Positions 27,384 to 41,442 of a DNA stretch of 64,000 bases are shown piece by piece. The position numbers and the translations under genes are program-made. The notes under the pieces are model-generated. The model was not told the origin of the DNA. It was given only the letters and a program-made list of their open reading frames with translations, and made no database searches. Source of the stretch: Dimorphilus gyrociliatus (Eukaryota; Animalia; Annelida). The stretch spans positions 3,162,001 to 3,226,000 of the forward strand of contig CAJFCJ010000001.1 of assembly GCA_904063045.1 (NCBI GenBank), given 5' to 3'. Numbering within the stretch: the stretch's first letter is position 1; each line of letters opens with the position of its first letter.

Positions 27384-27481
27384 TTTGAAAACTTGTTAAT
27401 TAGTGGAATCCATTAAAAGCACAAGCGAAAAAGCGAAAAAAGCCGTGCTAAAAGCGGTGCCAAAGCGCACAATGCGATACT
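27384..27481 (-). other. mbl: Putative non-coding leader exon of mbl
   Basis: Inr-like TCAGT at 27483-27479 downstream of CCAAT/CRE/GC motifs; perfect GTAAGT donor at 27383. The ATG exon has its own acceptor near 24886. Confidence 0.55.
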
Positions 27482-27530
27482 GACAGACGCCCCTTTTCGT
27501 ATGACGTCAATATTCGAAGTTGATTGGATG
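27479..27530 (-). promoter_or_regulatory. Putative mbl core promoter
   Basis: In minus-strand order: CCAAT (27526-27522), palindromic CRE TGACGTCA (27502-27509), GGGGCGTC (27493-27486), Inr-like TCAGT. Lies in a CpG-rich island in an AT-rich background; YY1-type AAAATGGCGGC at 27335-27345. Confidence 0.5.
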
Positions 27531-30500
27531 AAGGCGAATCCATTAAACTGGTACCCAGTTCCGAATTGAAAATTTTCAACCGCTAGACGATGTCGAATAA
27601 GCAATAGATGGCACTACCGTAGGTGAAAGTAAATTTTTGCGGTACGAAGACTGTACAAGTGTTTAAACAAGAGTTTTGCAGATGTTAAAAAATTTTCCTG
27701 TCTTTTTTTTATTAGTGACATCTGTTTAGAAGAAATCGCACGTTTCTGATGCATAGTTTTTATTTATTTTGCAAGAGTATAGGTTTATAATATTGATATA
27801 GCTTACCGGGTTAAATATTATATCCCATATAATGTATATTTCTCTACATATTATTCAATAAAAGACGGTATGTTATATAATGTAAACAGAAATGTATATA
27901 TGCGTATACGTATTTATACAATTTCTGTATTATCGCCAATATAGAAAAACTATTTCTTAAGAGAGGAGAGAGGTAAGATTGCAAGCATGCATGAAGAATT
28001 GAAGAGCATAAAACGCAAGGTAGAATTTGATTTATGAGGGTGACGATTGTAAAAAAAATGGACAGGTATTCAGCCGGATATGCTCTAATCATATATCGGT
28101 AGAGAACAAAGGATTAGAGAACAATCCGTGTCTTCTTTTTCAGGGTTAGTTTATAGGTATGTACACCGGTAGGTCTTCCTTTGTAACCTGTTCGTCATTT
28201 AGAACGTGTAGCCTTTTACTTAAAAACCAACAATGTCGCTACAAAACTTTTTAGGTAGAAGACTGAACGTTTAGTTCGAGCTGGCATACTGGAAATATAT
28301 ATGTATAATAAAGTATACTATGTCTAGTTTTCACTCTAACCCTTAACTATATTTGGCTATAGGTTTAATTTTTAAATATATCTTTCCGGCCACAACCTCA
28401 TTCTATCCCACTTATGTACACATACGCACCTTACTAACCAACTACCCGCCCACCTACCTCTTCCTCTCTCCCCTTTCTTTCCAACTTTTTCTCTTTATTT
28501 TTTGTTTTACAAATAAATAGACCCGGTTGACTAATGTTATTCTTAGAACGGATGTTTCCGGTACAAATGGAAACTTAAATTTCCTTTATATTAAACCGAA
28601 AGGTTTTAAATTAAAGCGTATATAACAACTACTAAAGTTATCTTCTTGTAAGAGCCAGATTATTCGGATGTAGAACTAAAATTTCCGGGAAACCTTTTAA
28701 TTTTTCATTTCACAGATAAATCACCTTTTTACTTTATACGTATGTATATTTATTAAAAAGTTCAACTAATCCATTCACTATATCTAATTGAACGTATTAC
28801 TGAGTTTACGATAATTAATCGTATAGGAAGCAAATTATTATAATGGAGAACATTTAAGAGGGAAGTTTGAACACAATTAATTAATAATGTATTTGTAAAT
28901 AAGACTAGTTTTACGCATAAACGACGGATTAAGTAACGGTTTGTGTGTGCGTTTTACAGTAGTGTATACATATACATAAATATACTAGTTGCCCACCATA
29001 CACTCTTCTTCTCCAAACAACATGACGTATTCATATGTATTCTTCTGCGGAAATGTATGCGTTTGCATACAAAATATATACATGCGGGCACTCTCACATG
29101 CAGGCGTCTTTTAGTGTGTCGCTTAAGGCAGAAAACCGTACAAACATATTCATGTAATGTGCCTGGAGAAATTCTCTTTCTCTCATTTAATATTTAACAA
29201 TATTCTTGATATTTTTTTATTTAGAAAAGAACAATAAAATCATTATTCATCTTTTGCAGCTAGATGTCGAGGTTCGAAAGAGAGTAATTTCCCTTGGTAG
29301 TACGACAGCAATAATTTTTTTCAATACTGCTATCAAGTAACAAAAAATTGACTATAGGTTTTTTTTTTTGCTATTGCTGCAAACCTTCCAAACAAACAAG
29401 TTCTCATTACTTAATCATTGTTTTTCATGTTTTCAAAATTTTTTTCTTTTTATCTTTTCAAGGTCGTTTCAGGTCGAACGACAGTAAAATTTTATACATC
29501 TTCAATAGCAGCCAACACCCATCTTTTTTTTCTCTCTTTCTCTCTCTCTCTCTTTTTTATTCTCTAGACTAATTTTTTTTCTTCCATTTTCCTGAAAACT
29601 TATCAATGTCTAGAATTACTAAATAGTCTCTTTCTTCTCCAGCTTTTGCATGATATTTGCATGTGATTTTCGAGATATCTTTAACGATATTCGAATATTG
29701 TATTGTTATTTAACCATCTCTCCTTTCTTTATTAGCATCTATTTCTCTTTCATTCCCTTTCTGTCTCTCTATATATATATTTCTAATATATATATATATA
29801 TATACCGTATATGTCTCTCTCTCTCTCTCTCTTTCCATATTCTAACTCATTCTCTGTATATCATGTTCCATTCTCCATAATATGCTGATCTGGAATAATT
29901 GATGCATTTATTCTCTAAATTATGATAAGACTTTGGCTAAAATAGGTATAAGAAAAATTAATATAACTGTAGTATATATTATAGAAAATCTTATCTTAAA
30001 TAAACGAAACAGTTAGTTATATAGAAGTTAATATAATAAATCAATCATTCAAAGTCGATAAATTTAATTACCTTACTCCCCGAAAAGAAGCTTGTAAACT
30101 AGTTTCTCTCAATCAATTACTTTACTAGTCCTATATTAATATTAAAAAGTCAAAAAAAGATTCTATCCATGGCAATTTTTATCCTATAACTCTTTACCAG
30201 AGCTGTTAGACAGAAGAAAGAGGTAAAAGTAGAGAGAGAGAAAAAGAGAGGGAGAGAGGAGTGAATGAAGTTGATTAAAGCATTTACCAGATAGTAATAT
30301 ACACTTGTTTGAACATATCAAGCAACCGACATTTTTAAAGTAATAATAATACAATAGTAGAGTGAAAAAGATAAGAAAGTCTACTGTTACGTATATATCA
30401 TACAGATAAAAAAAAAGAGAGAGAGAGAGAGAGAGCAAGCTGGCAAAAAAATTATTTTATATTGTAATAATAAAGTTTATAAAAAAAATTTATAATCCAC

Positions 30501-33500
30501 ATGAAGAGAACGTATAATTCTTCTTTCTATATCCTCTTTCCCTTCTACCCTCATCATCATCCTCCCTCACTCTCTTTCCCTCTTTACGTTATACATAAAG
30601 TACCGGAAATTGATAAAATGTCTATCAGATAATTTGCGCGACTAATTAAAAGAGATGATAATCGCCCACATATTACTATTCATACATAAATAGCCGTCAA
30701 TACTTATTATATGTATATTTACTAAGTGGTAAATTGCCGCCTAATTATTATATTACATATAAGCAGATATACAATAAAGAAATTGCTTGCAGCAATTAGC
30801 TAAATACTGTCAAAGTTTTTGTTTTCCTATTTTATTTCGAGTTTATAGTTTCTCCATAAAGTAGAAATCAATTAATAATAGAAAGAATGATAACAATTCA
30901 TTGATTCATTTCGTTTACACACATATACAGTATATATATATATATATATATAAATGTATATATATATATATAGTATATGTACAGCATATAGCTTATTTAT
31001 TTATAATAAATACAGAGATTATTTATAAAGAAGCAACATTTTTATTTAATTCATTTGATAAGAGAGTTTCTTTTTATTTTTTTTATTTCCCTTATCTTTC
31101 TTCTAATTTCTTTTGAGAGGATGTTATTTTCTTTTGATTATTTCTCTATATTCTTTATTTCTATACTTTCTTAGTAAAAGTATTTTGTTTTAAAATACTT
31201 TGTAACATAACATGTTTATACTTTTTTCAATAGGTGAAAAGACGGTAAAGGAGGTTTCTTCTTCATTTATACTGGTACTATACCTTTTAAAATCGTTTAG
31301 TTATATTAATAGAGACTTCCTCTAGGCGAACAATTACCACTCCTATAGGCTAATTGGACATCTGGATAATTATTTCATGCCATAATTAGTAATTAAATGA
31401 CTATGATTAATGATTGTATTATAGAATCAAATTAGAGTAGATCTGTAATATTTTTATAACATGCTAACTTTTCTATAACAAAGCCTATTTAAAAAGGACT
31501 TGTTTCTTTTCATTCTTTCTTTTCCTCCCTCTCTCCCTGCCCCCTTCTTCTCAATCTCAAAATCTTTTCTTTTTATACAATAAATATACACAATTTATGA
31601 TTTATTGTTTATTATTTCTAATAGTAAAAATAATAATTGTATGAGTAAATATTCTATAAATACGTATAAAAAATATTCCGGTCATCTTGCAGTCTTTTTC
31701 ATTACTAAAAAAATTGTTCTCTTTCATTATTGATTCTTTTCATGCGGAATAAAAAAAAAACAGTAGTTATACTTTTCTGCAGATGACAGTTGGCATACTT
31801 TGAAGTTACGTCGTTTTTGGTTTTTTTTTTATTGAACACTTAGTTCTCTATGGTATAAAAGTTCAAAAGAAATTTAGCTTTTCAGGCACGTTTGAATCTT
31901 TACATGGGCAATTTTAATGCAAATGTTTACGCTAAGAGAATTTTAAATAGAAAAATTTTGTTGTTAAAGAGTTTTTTTTTTTTTAAAGGAAGGAATCGAC
32001 CTACTTATAAGATTTATCTTTATTTTCAATTTATACTTTTCATTCATATTCAAAATTCAGATAGTTTTTTCAAGCTTTAACTAAAATTTAGTTGAAATTA
32101 ATATATTTCTTATATTAAGTAACAAGATAGAAATATGAGAGGATAGTGTTTCATATATATATATATATATATGTTAGTAGTATATATAGGTAAAAAAAGC
32201 CATCAACTTTTTAGTACTATCCGTTAAAAGTGTCAAGAACAGAAGATTAGTTTCTTTTAAATATATAGAATGTTATTCAAATCAATTGATTGATGTGTAT
32301 AATCGATAGATAACATATTCACTTTCTTTCTGCAACCCTCCTTTTTCTTTTACTTTTTCTTCTGTTTCTCTCTCTCTCTCTCTTTCTCTCTCCCATACGA
32401 ACGTATGTCTGTATGTGTTTATGTGTGCATGAGTTCCATTGAGCGGTTGTCTCTACCTCTCCCTTTCTCTCTCTTTACCTGTCTTCGTCAACCTTATAGA
32501 TATTCAATACACGCTATTTAAAAAAAAACAACTTAAAAGAAATTATATTGAATTTGACTAGATAGGGGCCTTGATATAAAAAAATGCTTCAAAATCAATA
32601 ATATTATAGAGCAACTTTTTAACTCTCAAATTTAAAACATAGATGGCGTAATAATCAGTAAAGCGTCATCTATGTTAAAAAAGTGTTTAGCTAAAATATT
32701 TTCTACCAATTATTTATCCATTATATATAAAATATTAGATAGTTTAAAGGTCATTACATTAATAAGTAAAACATCTAAACAATTCGAAAGATAAATACAG
32801 AAAAAAACTGATATTCAAATAGAAAATATATAGTTCACCTGTAAAATAAATAAAAAAGTCTTGTAAATTGTTATTAGATCTTGTTTTCTCTTTGTTTCTG
32901 GGATTGTTGTTTGTTTTCTTTTTTTATATGAAATAAAAAGATTCCTTTTATAATCAATTAATATTTAAATTAAAAGTTTTATTTGAAGCAACAACAGAAA
33001 AACGCCGTGTCTTTTTTTTTTTTTTTTATTTCTTAGTTTTTTTTTTAAAAAAAAATCTCTAGTAAAACATAGGAGAAGTTAACTTTAAAAGTAAATATAA
33101 TAAGGGTTAGAGAAATTGAAAATGCATAAATAAACGAGATTTTAATCAGACAATTTTATGGAATGAATACGATATCGAATGGATCAAGTTTCAGTAAAAT
33201 TTTTTAAATTATACATATAATAAAATGTATAGTAATCAATCTCTTTTTTCTCTCCCTCTCTCTCTCTCTCTACGAATAGCCTTCTCCCTATTCATTTTCG
33301 GAATATTTAATGTCTATAAACTTTACTTTTATTAAATATTAGTGAAGAATTAAGTGCATCACATGTATCATGGGGGTTCTCGATTTTTTGTTCTTGTTGA
33401 AAGGAACGAGTTGGTGACATGTTTTCCCTCTTTCTATTACTTTTTGATTTTTGAAGATTTAGTGTCTTGTGCCTACGTGATCGAAAGATATATCAGTGTG

Positions 33501-34305
33501 TACCGTTCGATCAAAAGATAATAGTATTGAATTTATTGAAAGTTATGCAAGGATATCTTCTTATACAGCATATTGTATATAATGTATTTTGTATACGCTA
33601 ATAGGGGAAAAGTTATATAGAGAACTTTGAAACTCTTCTAAAATTACTCTTTGTTTTTTTTATTGTAGGAGAAACAAAGAAATGCACCGAAAAAGAGAAG
33701 CAGGGAGGAGGAAGGAAAGAAGATTAGAACAAAAGATTATCAATACTTCAATTGTTTTGTTAATTTAATAAAATATTTAATAAAAAAGTCTTTAAACTGG
33801 GAAATATCTATACGTTTGTTTAAACAAATACGAAGATAAGGCGAAATGATCAATTATTGAATTACGCCAAATACAGTTCAATAATCCATAAAGATTCTGG
33901 GAAAAGCTTAATGTAATGTAAATAAACAGAAAGTAAATAGAATGATTTTTGTCTTAGTTCTGTATATAAATAAGATGTGTAGAGTATATGCAGTATATAT
34001 ATATACTATACAGGATACTTGTTCTGTTAACATCGTTAAACAAAAGAAAGCTAAAAGTATTTAATATAAGAGAATATTAATATAAATAAAGAAGTAAATA
34101 TATAAAGCGCAATTCTAAAGAATGCTAATAATTTAGGTAAAACTATTAAACAGGTGATAAAACAGTTAAAAACACATATAAAAAAAAATATTAATAAAGT
34201 GCTTTTACCTTTTTTATATGAATTATGATTGATAGAAAAATCCAACCTATCTTGTATTTCTATATTATACTTTATTACTGTTTCTATAATTATATTAATA
34301 TACTT

Positions 34306-34307
<2 letters not shown>

Positions 34308-34353
<46 letters not shown>
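34308..34353. repeat. (AT)~23 microsatellite
   Basis: Read directly. Confidence 0.9.
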
Positions 34354-34356
<3 letters not shown>

Positions 34357-35996
34357 ACAATAGGCATAATCTATTTCACTATTTTTACCGGTTTTTGCTT
34401 ATATAATCAAGTTTTTTACAGTATACTTGCTAATAAAAATGTAATAAAGAGAAGAATCTCAATATATAAATGTTAGAATTGTAGAAAAAGGTTACTTTGG
34501 AATGTTGTGGTGATAGATGAGCTACAGAAATACTTATTTCGCAACCGAATACGGAGGCACTTTAGTTTTCATATGTTCTAAAGTTGTAATATATTTCCAT
34601 CAACATTTGACCTAGTTGAGAAATGATTTGATATTCCAGTAGAGGGGGGTCGGGAGGAGTTTTTTTTTCTTCTTACATTCTTTCTCTATAATGGCATTTA
34701 ATAAATTCTTTCTTATCGATTAAGTTAATTTTTGAAATTAAGATATATGCATCTTTCACTTTTATCCTATAACGTTATATAATATCTAGAATAGCCAATT
34801 GGGAGAATTTTCTCTTTGTCTTATCTTCTAAAAATAGCAAATAGGCCGAAAAATGATTGTCAAAATGTTTAAGAAAAAATAAGACTCTTTTTGGAATAAC
34901 AACATTTGAAAATGTTCGAAAATTATTGTCCATCAGCTATATAATTGAATAGAAAGAATCATATGATTTTACTGAACAATCCTATTAGGCCTATTTATTT
35001 TATATACAACCGTAGTCATGTGAAAATATGATTTATGTATTTTTTACTTTATAGAGAAAAAGTTATGTACATGCAATAGTATATAGTACACATCCCTATT
35101 GTCCATTCCTATATACGGTAATGCCATCTGACGCTATATTGTGAAAGCAAATCTTATTGGCGATACTATGCTAGTTGTCTCTGTCTTCAGACAAGTGTCT
35201 TGCTAACCAGAACGTTTACAAATAATACAAATAGAAATACGGAAGGATAAGAAGACAAAGAAAAGATAAAGATAAAGTTAAGGAGAAAAGTAGGAAAAGT
35301 TAATATAATCGACGAGAAGAGTTGAGGAAGAGAGAGGGAGGGAGAGAAGGAGAAACGAAGTTAAAATGTGTTTGTTTGAAAAATTAAACCTTTAACTATT
35401 ACATCATAGTAATTATAATTAAGAAAAAGTAAAATTAAACAGAGACTTCAAGTTGACTTTATGATTTGTTGATAGAACGCTATTTATACGATTTTTCAAC
35501 AATAATTTATTAACAAAGTGAAGAGTAATTTGTTTTGTCTTATTTCCTTTGAAGTAATCGTGTTTAAGATATTGAACTGTATTTGGCGTGCTAATCCCTT
35601 ATCATTTTTCTTTTTTTACCCCTAATCAAACTCTTCTTTATCAAACCACCTATGAATTTAAAAGCCAATAGTTGAAACAATGCTCAGTCTTCCATAAATA
35701 CTTTCAATTACGCCACAATGACGCTATTCTCGTCACACCAACTTGTAGATACCAGGCAACGCTAAAGGCGAAATTGTAAAAACGTCATAACTCTATGCTT
35801 CATAATTTCGTGGGCGTCACAATTCACGTAGATAAGACGTTTAATCGTCATTAAGGTGGTTTCCTTTCTATTTAGTCTTTTTTTTTATATTAATTATTCC
35901 CAAATCACTTTTTTTCTGTTTTTGTTGTTGTTGTTGATGGTGTTGTTATTGTGGAAACTTTATTTGTTTTTATGCCATAAATGAGAGGAAGGGAAA

Positions 35997-36030
<34 letters not shown>

Positions 36031-37749
36031 ATGACAGACAAAGAAAGAAGAAAAAGAATGCAGAAAGAAAATGAGTAAACGAATGTATGAATGGATGAAT
36101 GAATAAATGAGTAAGAGAATAGATAAGTGGAAAGAAAAGAGATATATTACTATTTATGTAGAATAGGAATAGAGATGAAGTTTTATCGTTGCTTGCATCC
36201 TAATGATAATTCCATCAAACTAGTAACGAGCAGTGATTTTTCGCTCCCCTTCCCTTCACGTTCCCTGTTTCGGTTATTAAGAAATTTACTACCTCTATCA
36301 TTATTAATACGTAAAAAATTGTTTGTATTAAGGTAAGATGTAATAACGAATTGCCTGGTTGTATCGATAAGGTATGATTAAAAGTTGGCGTCAAGGTTAT
36401 TTATTATAGTTTATATACGTTCAAAGTTTTTATCTTGTTTTTTTTTTCTTTTTTACCAGTTTTGCAGGCGTAACTAGGAAATATAAAGGGTTTTACGGTT
36501 GAATTTCGATATGGTTAAGAACATAAATCAATGATTCGTTAAGAGTACGAATAGATCAGATTTTTGCACTTGTCTTATAAATTTCCTACTGTTAGAAAAG
36601 ATTTATTTGTTTTAATGAAACACTAAAAATGTGTCTTCTAATATCAGAAACAGATGGAAATTTCTTCGAGAAGTGACCATTAATCGGTTACTGATTTATT
36701 GAAAGAATATAAAGAAAAACTCAAATATAAGATAAAGAGATGTATCAATAGAAATTGATAGTGATTAGTCTACTTAAGTAATTACTAACCTGGATAACTC
36801 GGTACGACTGGCACTTGACAAACAAGATATTTTTGGTCTTTTTTTCTCTTCTCCTTTTATCTCTTTTATTAAAATTAATGAAGATTTTCTTATATAAAAT
36901 ATTTTGTTTCTTAACATCTTTTAGACGCTATTTTTTTATCTAATTGATAAAACTAATGAATTATTCACTGATTAGAAAAAAGATACTAGATAGGCCTAAG
37001 GGAATATGTCAAATTCTGAATGATTTATTGAAAAAGAAATTTGCAGTCCGCGCATAAAAGTATCAATTATATTTTTTGATAAAAATAAAAAAGAACTGTT
37101 AATATATATGTATAGAGAGAAGAAAGGAACGAAATGAGTGTTAATTTAAGGATTTTCTACAGTTTTTCTCTCTTTTTTTGTCTAATTTATGCTTTTGAAT
37201 AAAAAGTGACGTTTTCTCTATTAAAGGGTAGACAAATTACATCAAAGGAAAGCGTCTATATCTATATATTAACATATATTTATAGATATATTTAAGGATA
37301 AATACAATTCATGCTAGAGTATACAGTTAGCCATCTTACTTTGTTTGTCAGTGCGAAGGAAATTATTCGAGCTATGTAATTTTTCCAAGTCTTTTCCTAC
37401 GTATTTCTTTTACAGAGATTAATAACGCAAAGTTTGGTTTGTAAAGAATTAAGTTGACAGTTTTACGGTTGTTACTTTTCAAGTATATATTATTTAATAA
37501 TAGAAAAGACAAGAAAGAACGATATTTTTAATAAGTATTTACAAAGAGAGTGGGTGATTAGTTTTATTAGTTCATCTTTTAACGTTTGTCATAGTGTTTA
37601 TGGATATCTTTTTCATATTTGCATATATTACATATATATATATATATATAGATTACACATTTACATCTAACATATAATATATATGTATTATATAAATAAA
37701 ATGGTTATAAATTTGCAATTGCATACATTTGGAAATCGGGACCAGTCTG

Positions 37750-37823
37750 ATGTAGGCGGAGCTTAGGGGCGTCTCTCTCCTTGGAAAAGTTGACAGTTTT
37801 AGTTCGTCTGCCGCGGTTAACAG
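37750..37823 (+). promoter_or_regulatory. Candidate promoter and short leader exon of the neuropeptide gene
   Basis: GC boxes GGCGGAG and GGGGCGTC, TTAGTT Inr-like sequence near 37800, donor CAG|GTGAGA at 37823/37824. The link to the 39597 acceptor is inferred. Confidence 0.35.
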
Positions 37824-39607
37824 GTGAGAATAGTTTGTCAGAATTAATAATTTTACAATTTAACTAAATCAATCTCCTATTAACTTGTACCCATATGTAG
37901 TTATTTACACTAAATCTTCATTTCATTGATAAGATGTTGAAGTAGCCAACTCAGTCGTCAAGTAGAATTTTATAAATAATCTTTTACGGTAGGAATGAGC
38001 TTAAGCCTTGAAAAAATATATCCTAAGACAGAAATCCATATAAAAACAACGCCTGTCTTTTTTTGAAATGTAACCGTAATCTCTTGAAATTCTATTTGTT
38101 AACAAGACTGCAATCGTGACTGCAAAATCTAAGGGTTTTGAATTAAATGGCCCTTTTAGCGCACCACCTGCACTATTTTGCCAGAGGGATCTTGGAAATT
38201 TCCTTTTTGGGATGTGGTACTGCATAAACGTTTCTTTCATTATTATTGAAGAGGTAAGAGAAGGAGGAAAGAAAGTAAACTGTTTTCCTCCCTTACTTCG
38301 GCTTCTCTTAAATCCATTAGAAGAGTCTTTTCCTAGAAATAAAAAAAAAACACGAGACAAAATTATTTGTGTAGAGAAAGAGAAAAGGTGAAGAAGAAGA
38401 AGCAGAAGAAGAATAAGAAGAAGAGAGAGAGAGAAGCAGAGAGAAAAGGAAAGAAACACTTAATATATGTTCTTAATTTAGAAAGTACAGTTTTATAAAC
38501 TGTTCGAGTTTACTTAGATATTTCGATAGAACTTCATTATTTTTAAGAGAAAAATCTATATAGAATACAAAAAAATACAATAAAAACAACTTAATGTACA
38601 AAAGAATTCAGTGAAGCAATAGGAGAAATTCCTGTATTACTTTTAAGCTTAATTTCTAATATTTTGATAAAATAAAAAAAGTGAGGAGTTGTAAAAACTC
38701 TTATAAAATTTATTATGTTATCTTTCAAAAGGTTGTCTTTTCTCATAGATACAAAGTAATGTGTTTTGAGTAAGATGATCTATTCCTAGGCCGCAAGATA
38801 CGTAACTTAAGAAAATTTTTGCTAACTTTTGCAATTTTATACTTCTGACTCTTTCCTTTCAAGAGGTGAAAACGAAAGGATTCATCCTCTTGAGTTTCCA
38901 TAAAAGGAGAAGAGTGTTGTTCTGGTCTTAAACCCTTTTTTCTTTGCCTATTTTTTACACATTCCCTTTAATTTTTAATCATTTTTATTTAATAGATTCT
39001 TTCTTTTTATTATGATAATCAAGTTTGTCTAGCACTTGTAAAATTTGATAAGGATGGAGGAAAGAAAGTTAGAGGGAAGAGTCTCATACATATTCCATCC
39101 TCTCTACCTTTTTATTCTGAAATTGGTAAAATGAAGTGAAAGGGGAGAATTTCAACTTAAAATTAAACATTATATACATATTGTTTCGTTTTTATTATAT
39201 CTTAATAAAAAAAGATAGAGAGTGTCTTTAATATCTAATAGAGATTCTTATGGGGATATTTTGACACCTCGTTAAGATAAAGCCAAAGGCGTTGACATTA
39301 CAGAAGCAAAATAAATCGCCTAATTCTTTATCTCAACAGTATAACGTAAAAATAAGTTTTAGAAAAGTAGGAAGGAGGCAAACAAAGCATGTATGAATAA
39401 AGTATGAATAAAGAGGAATTAAAGAGTCCCTTCACTTTCATACATATACTGTATATTGATAATAAAGTACATTATATGATCCATCACTCTCTTTTCCTTT
39501 TATCAACAGTAGTTAAAATATATAATTTACAAATTTTATAAATTGGATATATATTAAGATTTTCCTTTTTTTGTGACTTTTTCTTTATTTTTCTAGATAA
39601 AAGAACC

Positions 39608-39663
39608 ATGAAAAGTCTAGCAGTAATTTGCAGTTTGTCAGTCCTATTTGTTGTTGTTTTGAG
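39608..39663 (+). CDS. Neuropeptide precursor signal-peptide exon
   Basis: Strong acceptor ttttctag at 39596, ATG at 39608, hydrophobic core; phase 2 donor matches the phase 2 acceptor at 41096. Confidence 0.85.
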
Positions 39664-41442
39664 GTTAGTATACAATTACATATTTACAAACTACAAACTA
39701 GTTAAATATATATAAAATGTATATATACCTATATTAATTAGATACAGTCTACTTGTATGTACTTTTATAAAGAAATTTAATATAGAAAACAAGGCCTTAT
39801 TCTTAATATAAAATATCTTTTATACTTTTTAAACAAAATAAAGTTAATCGTTAACTATGTTATTGATATATCGTCATTTCTTCCTTCCTCTTTTCCTTCG
39901 TCTTGTTAATATTTAGTTGAATATTGACAAAATGTCAATAATATGAAACACCAATTTTAGGGTATTATTGCGAAACGTTTTGATAAATGAATGACAAAAA
40001 TTCGTGACGGATGTTGTGCAAGTGTCTCTTGAAGTTTTCTTAACGAGAAACGTGCAAAAACTCATCCTCTCCCTCTCCCTAAAGTCATTTCAAAGATGTT
40101 TATTCCATGTTGTCAATCAGTTGAAGGTCCTTGTATAGTACTCTTTAATTGTTTTATCGCCATGGTAAATTCTAGTTCAACCTTTTCCTCCTCCACATTT
40201 GCTCTAAAACCAACCCTTTCCTTAATTAGAAGAAACTAATTAACCTCTTCCGTGTCGAATTTCGCACATTTTTTAATCATTTCACCCGGATGAATGTTTT
40301 AAGGCAATTTAGATTTAGGCACTACTAATATTCTGAATATATATAAAAAAGGGCTATGGTTAATTATTCTGTAGAAACCTTAAGAGTGGCCGTTAATGAA
40401 GTAGACGCCTATTACTTTGCTAATTTAAAATTAACTGGTCTATATAGACAAAATATTTCCATATTTTTCATGATATATGCATTTTTAACTATTAAAATTA
40501 GGAAATAAGGAAACAATGAAAATGTTAAGTGTATAAAAAAATCCATACAATTAGCCTATTCTTCTTATTCGTTCTTTTTTCTTCATTTATCTCTCTATCT
40601 TTCCCTTTATAAACATTTAACTATCTTTTATTTTTTTTCATTTTTATATAAGCTTTCTCTTTATACTTTTTTACTAAAATAAGATATTTATACGGACAAT
40701 AGACATATGAGAAATTACCATCAATCGCTTCATACAACTGGATAAAACCAGATGCAATCATTTTGCTGATTGACTAGTTGGGAAGAAAAAGTAATCAGTG
40801 ACTGATCTTTTCCTTTTACTAAATTTACTACTGGAGGGATTTTTTACATTTACCATCCAGATCTATATGCTTTTTTCTTATTATATTTACTTTACTTACG
40901 TTTCTTTTCGCTTAAATATGAATTCTATTTAGATTATACGCTCTTTGTATAAGATAAACGGAAATTATGTCTTAAGACACCCACTCGATTATCGCTAGTT
41001 TAATAGAAATATATAAGACGGTTAGTCAATAAGGGAATAGGAAAAAATTATCATTCAATAATGTTCAATACGGTAAAGAACGATATTTTCCAACAGTGAA
41101 GATACAGAAAAGAGGATGATCGATTCGATTGGATCTTCGCTACTCAAAAAGAGAATGATTGACCCAATCGGTTCGACTTTGTTGAAGAAACGAATGATAG
41201 ACACAATCGGTTCATCGTTGCTTAAGAAGAGAATGATCGATACCATTGGTTCGAGTCTCTTAAAAAAACGGATGATCGACACCATAGGATCGTCTCTTTT
41301 AAAGAAAAGATATTTGGATTCCATTGGTTCTGGATTGCTTAAAAGACAGCTAGATAGAATATCTGATTCCATCTTTAAGAAAGATGAACATGAAAGACAA
41401 TTGGATTTCGTTCCTGACGGTCACATTCAGTTTGAAGGTTAA
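39608..41442 (+). CDS. Pedal-peptide/orcokinin-type neuropeptide precursor, 133 aa, 2 coding exons
   Basis: Exon 39608-39663 encodes the signal peptide MKSLAVICSLSVLFVVVL(S) with donor AG|GTTAGT, phase 2. Exon 41097-41442 (ccaacag| acceptor) encodes EDTEKR, then MID(S/P/T)IGS(S/T)LL x5, YLDSIGSGLL and QLDRISDSIF separated by KKR/KR. The xDxIGxxLL pattern matches the spiralian pedal-peptide family. Confidence 0.9.
41097..41442 (+). CDS. Neuropeptide precursor peptide-array exon (39-nt coding repeats)
   Basis: Six 13-codon units from 41110, dibasic/tribasic cleavage sites, TAA at 41440-41442, AATAAA at 41530. Confidence 0.93.

Noticed and set aside
33478-33511. Hairpin TGATCGAA...TTCGATCA as a pre-miRNA
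   Set aside because: Stem too short (~13 bp with mismatches) and no known mature sequence.
41110-41343. Regular 39-nt repeats resembling a CRISPR array
   Set aside because: No unique spacers; variation is synonymous within a neuropeptide reading frame.
41055-41372. 105-aa minus-strand repetitive ORF
   Set aside because: Antisense shadow of the neuropeptide repeats.
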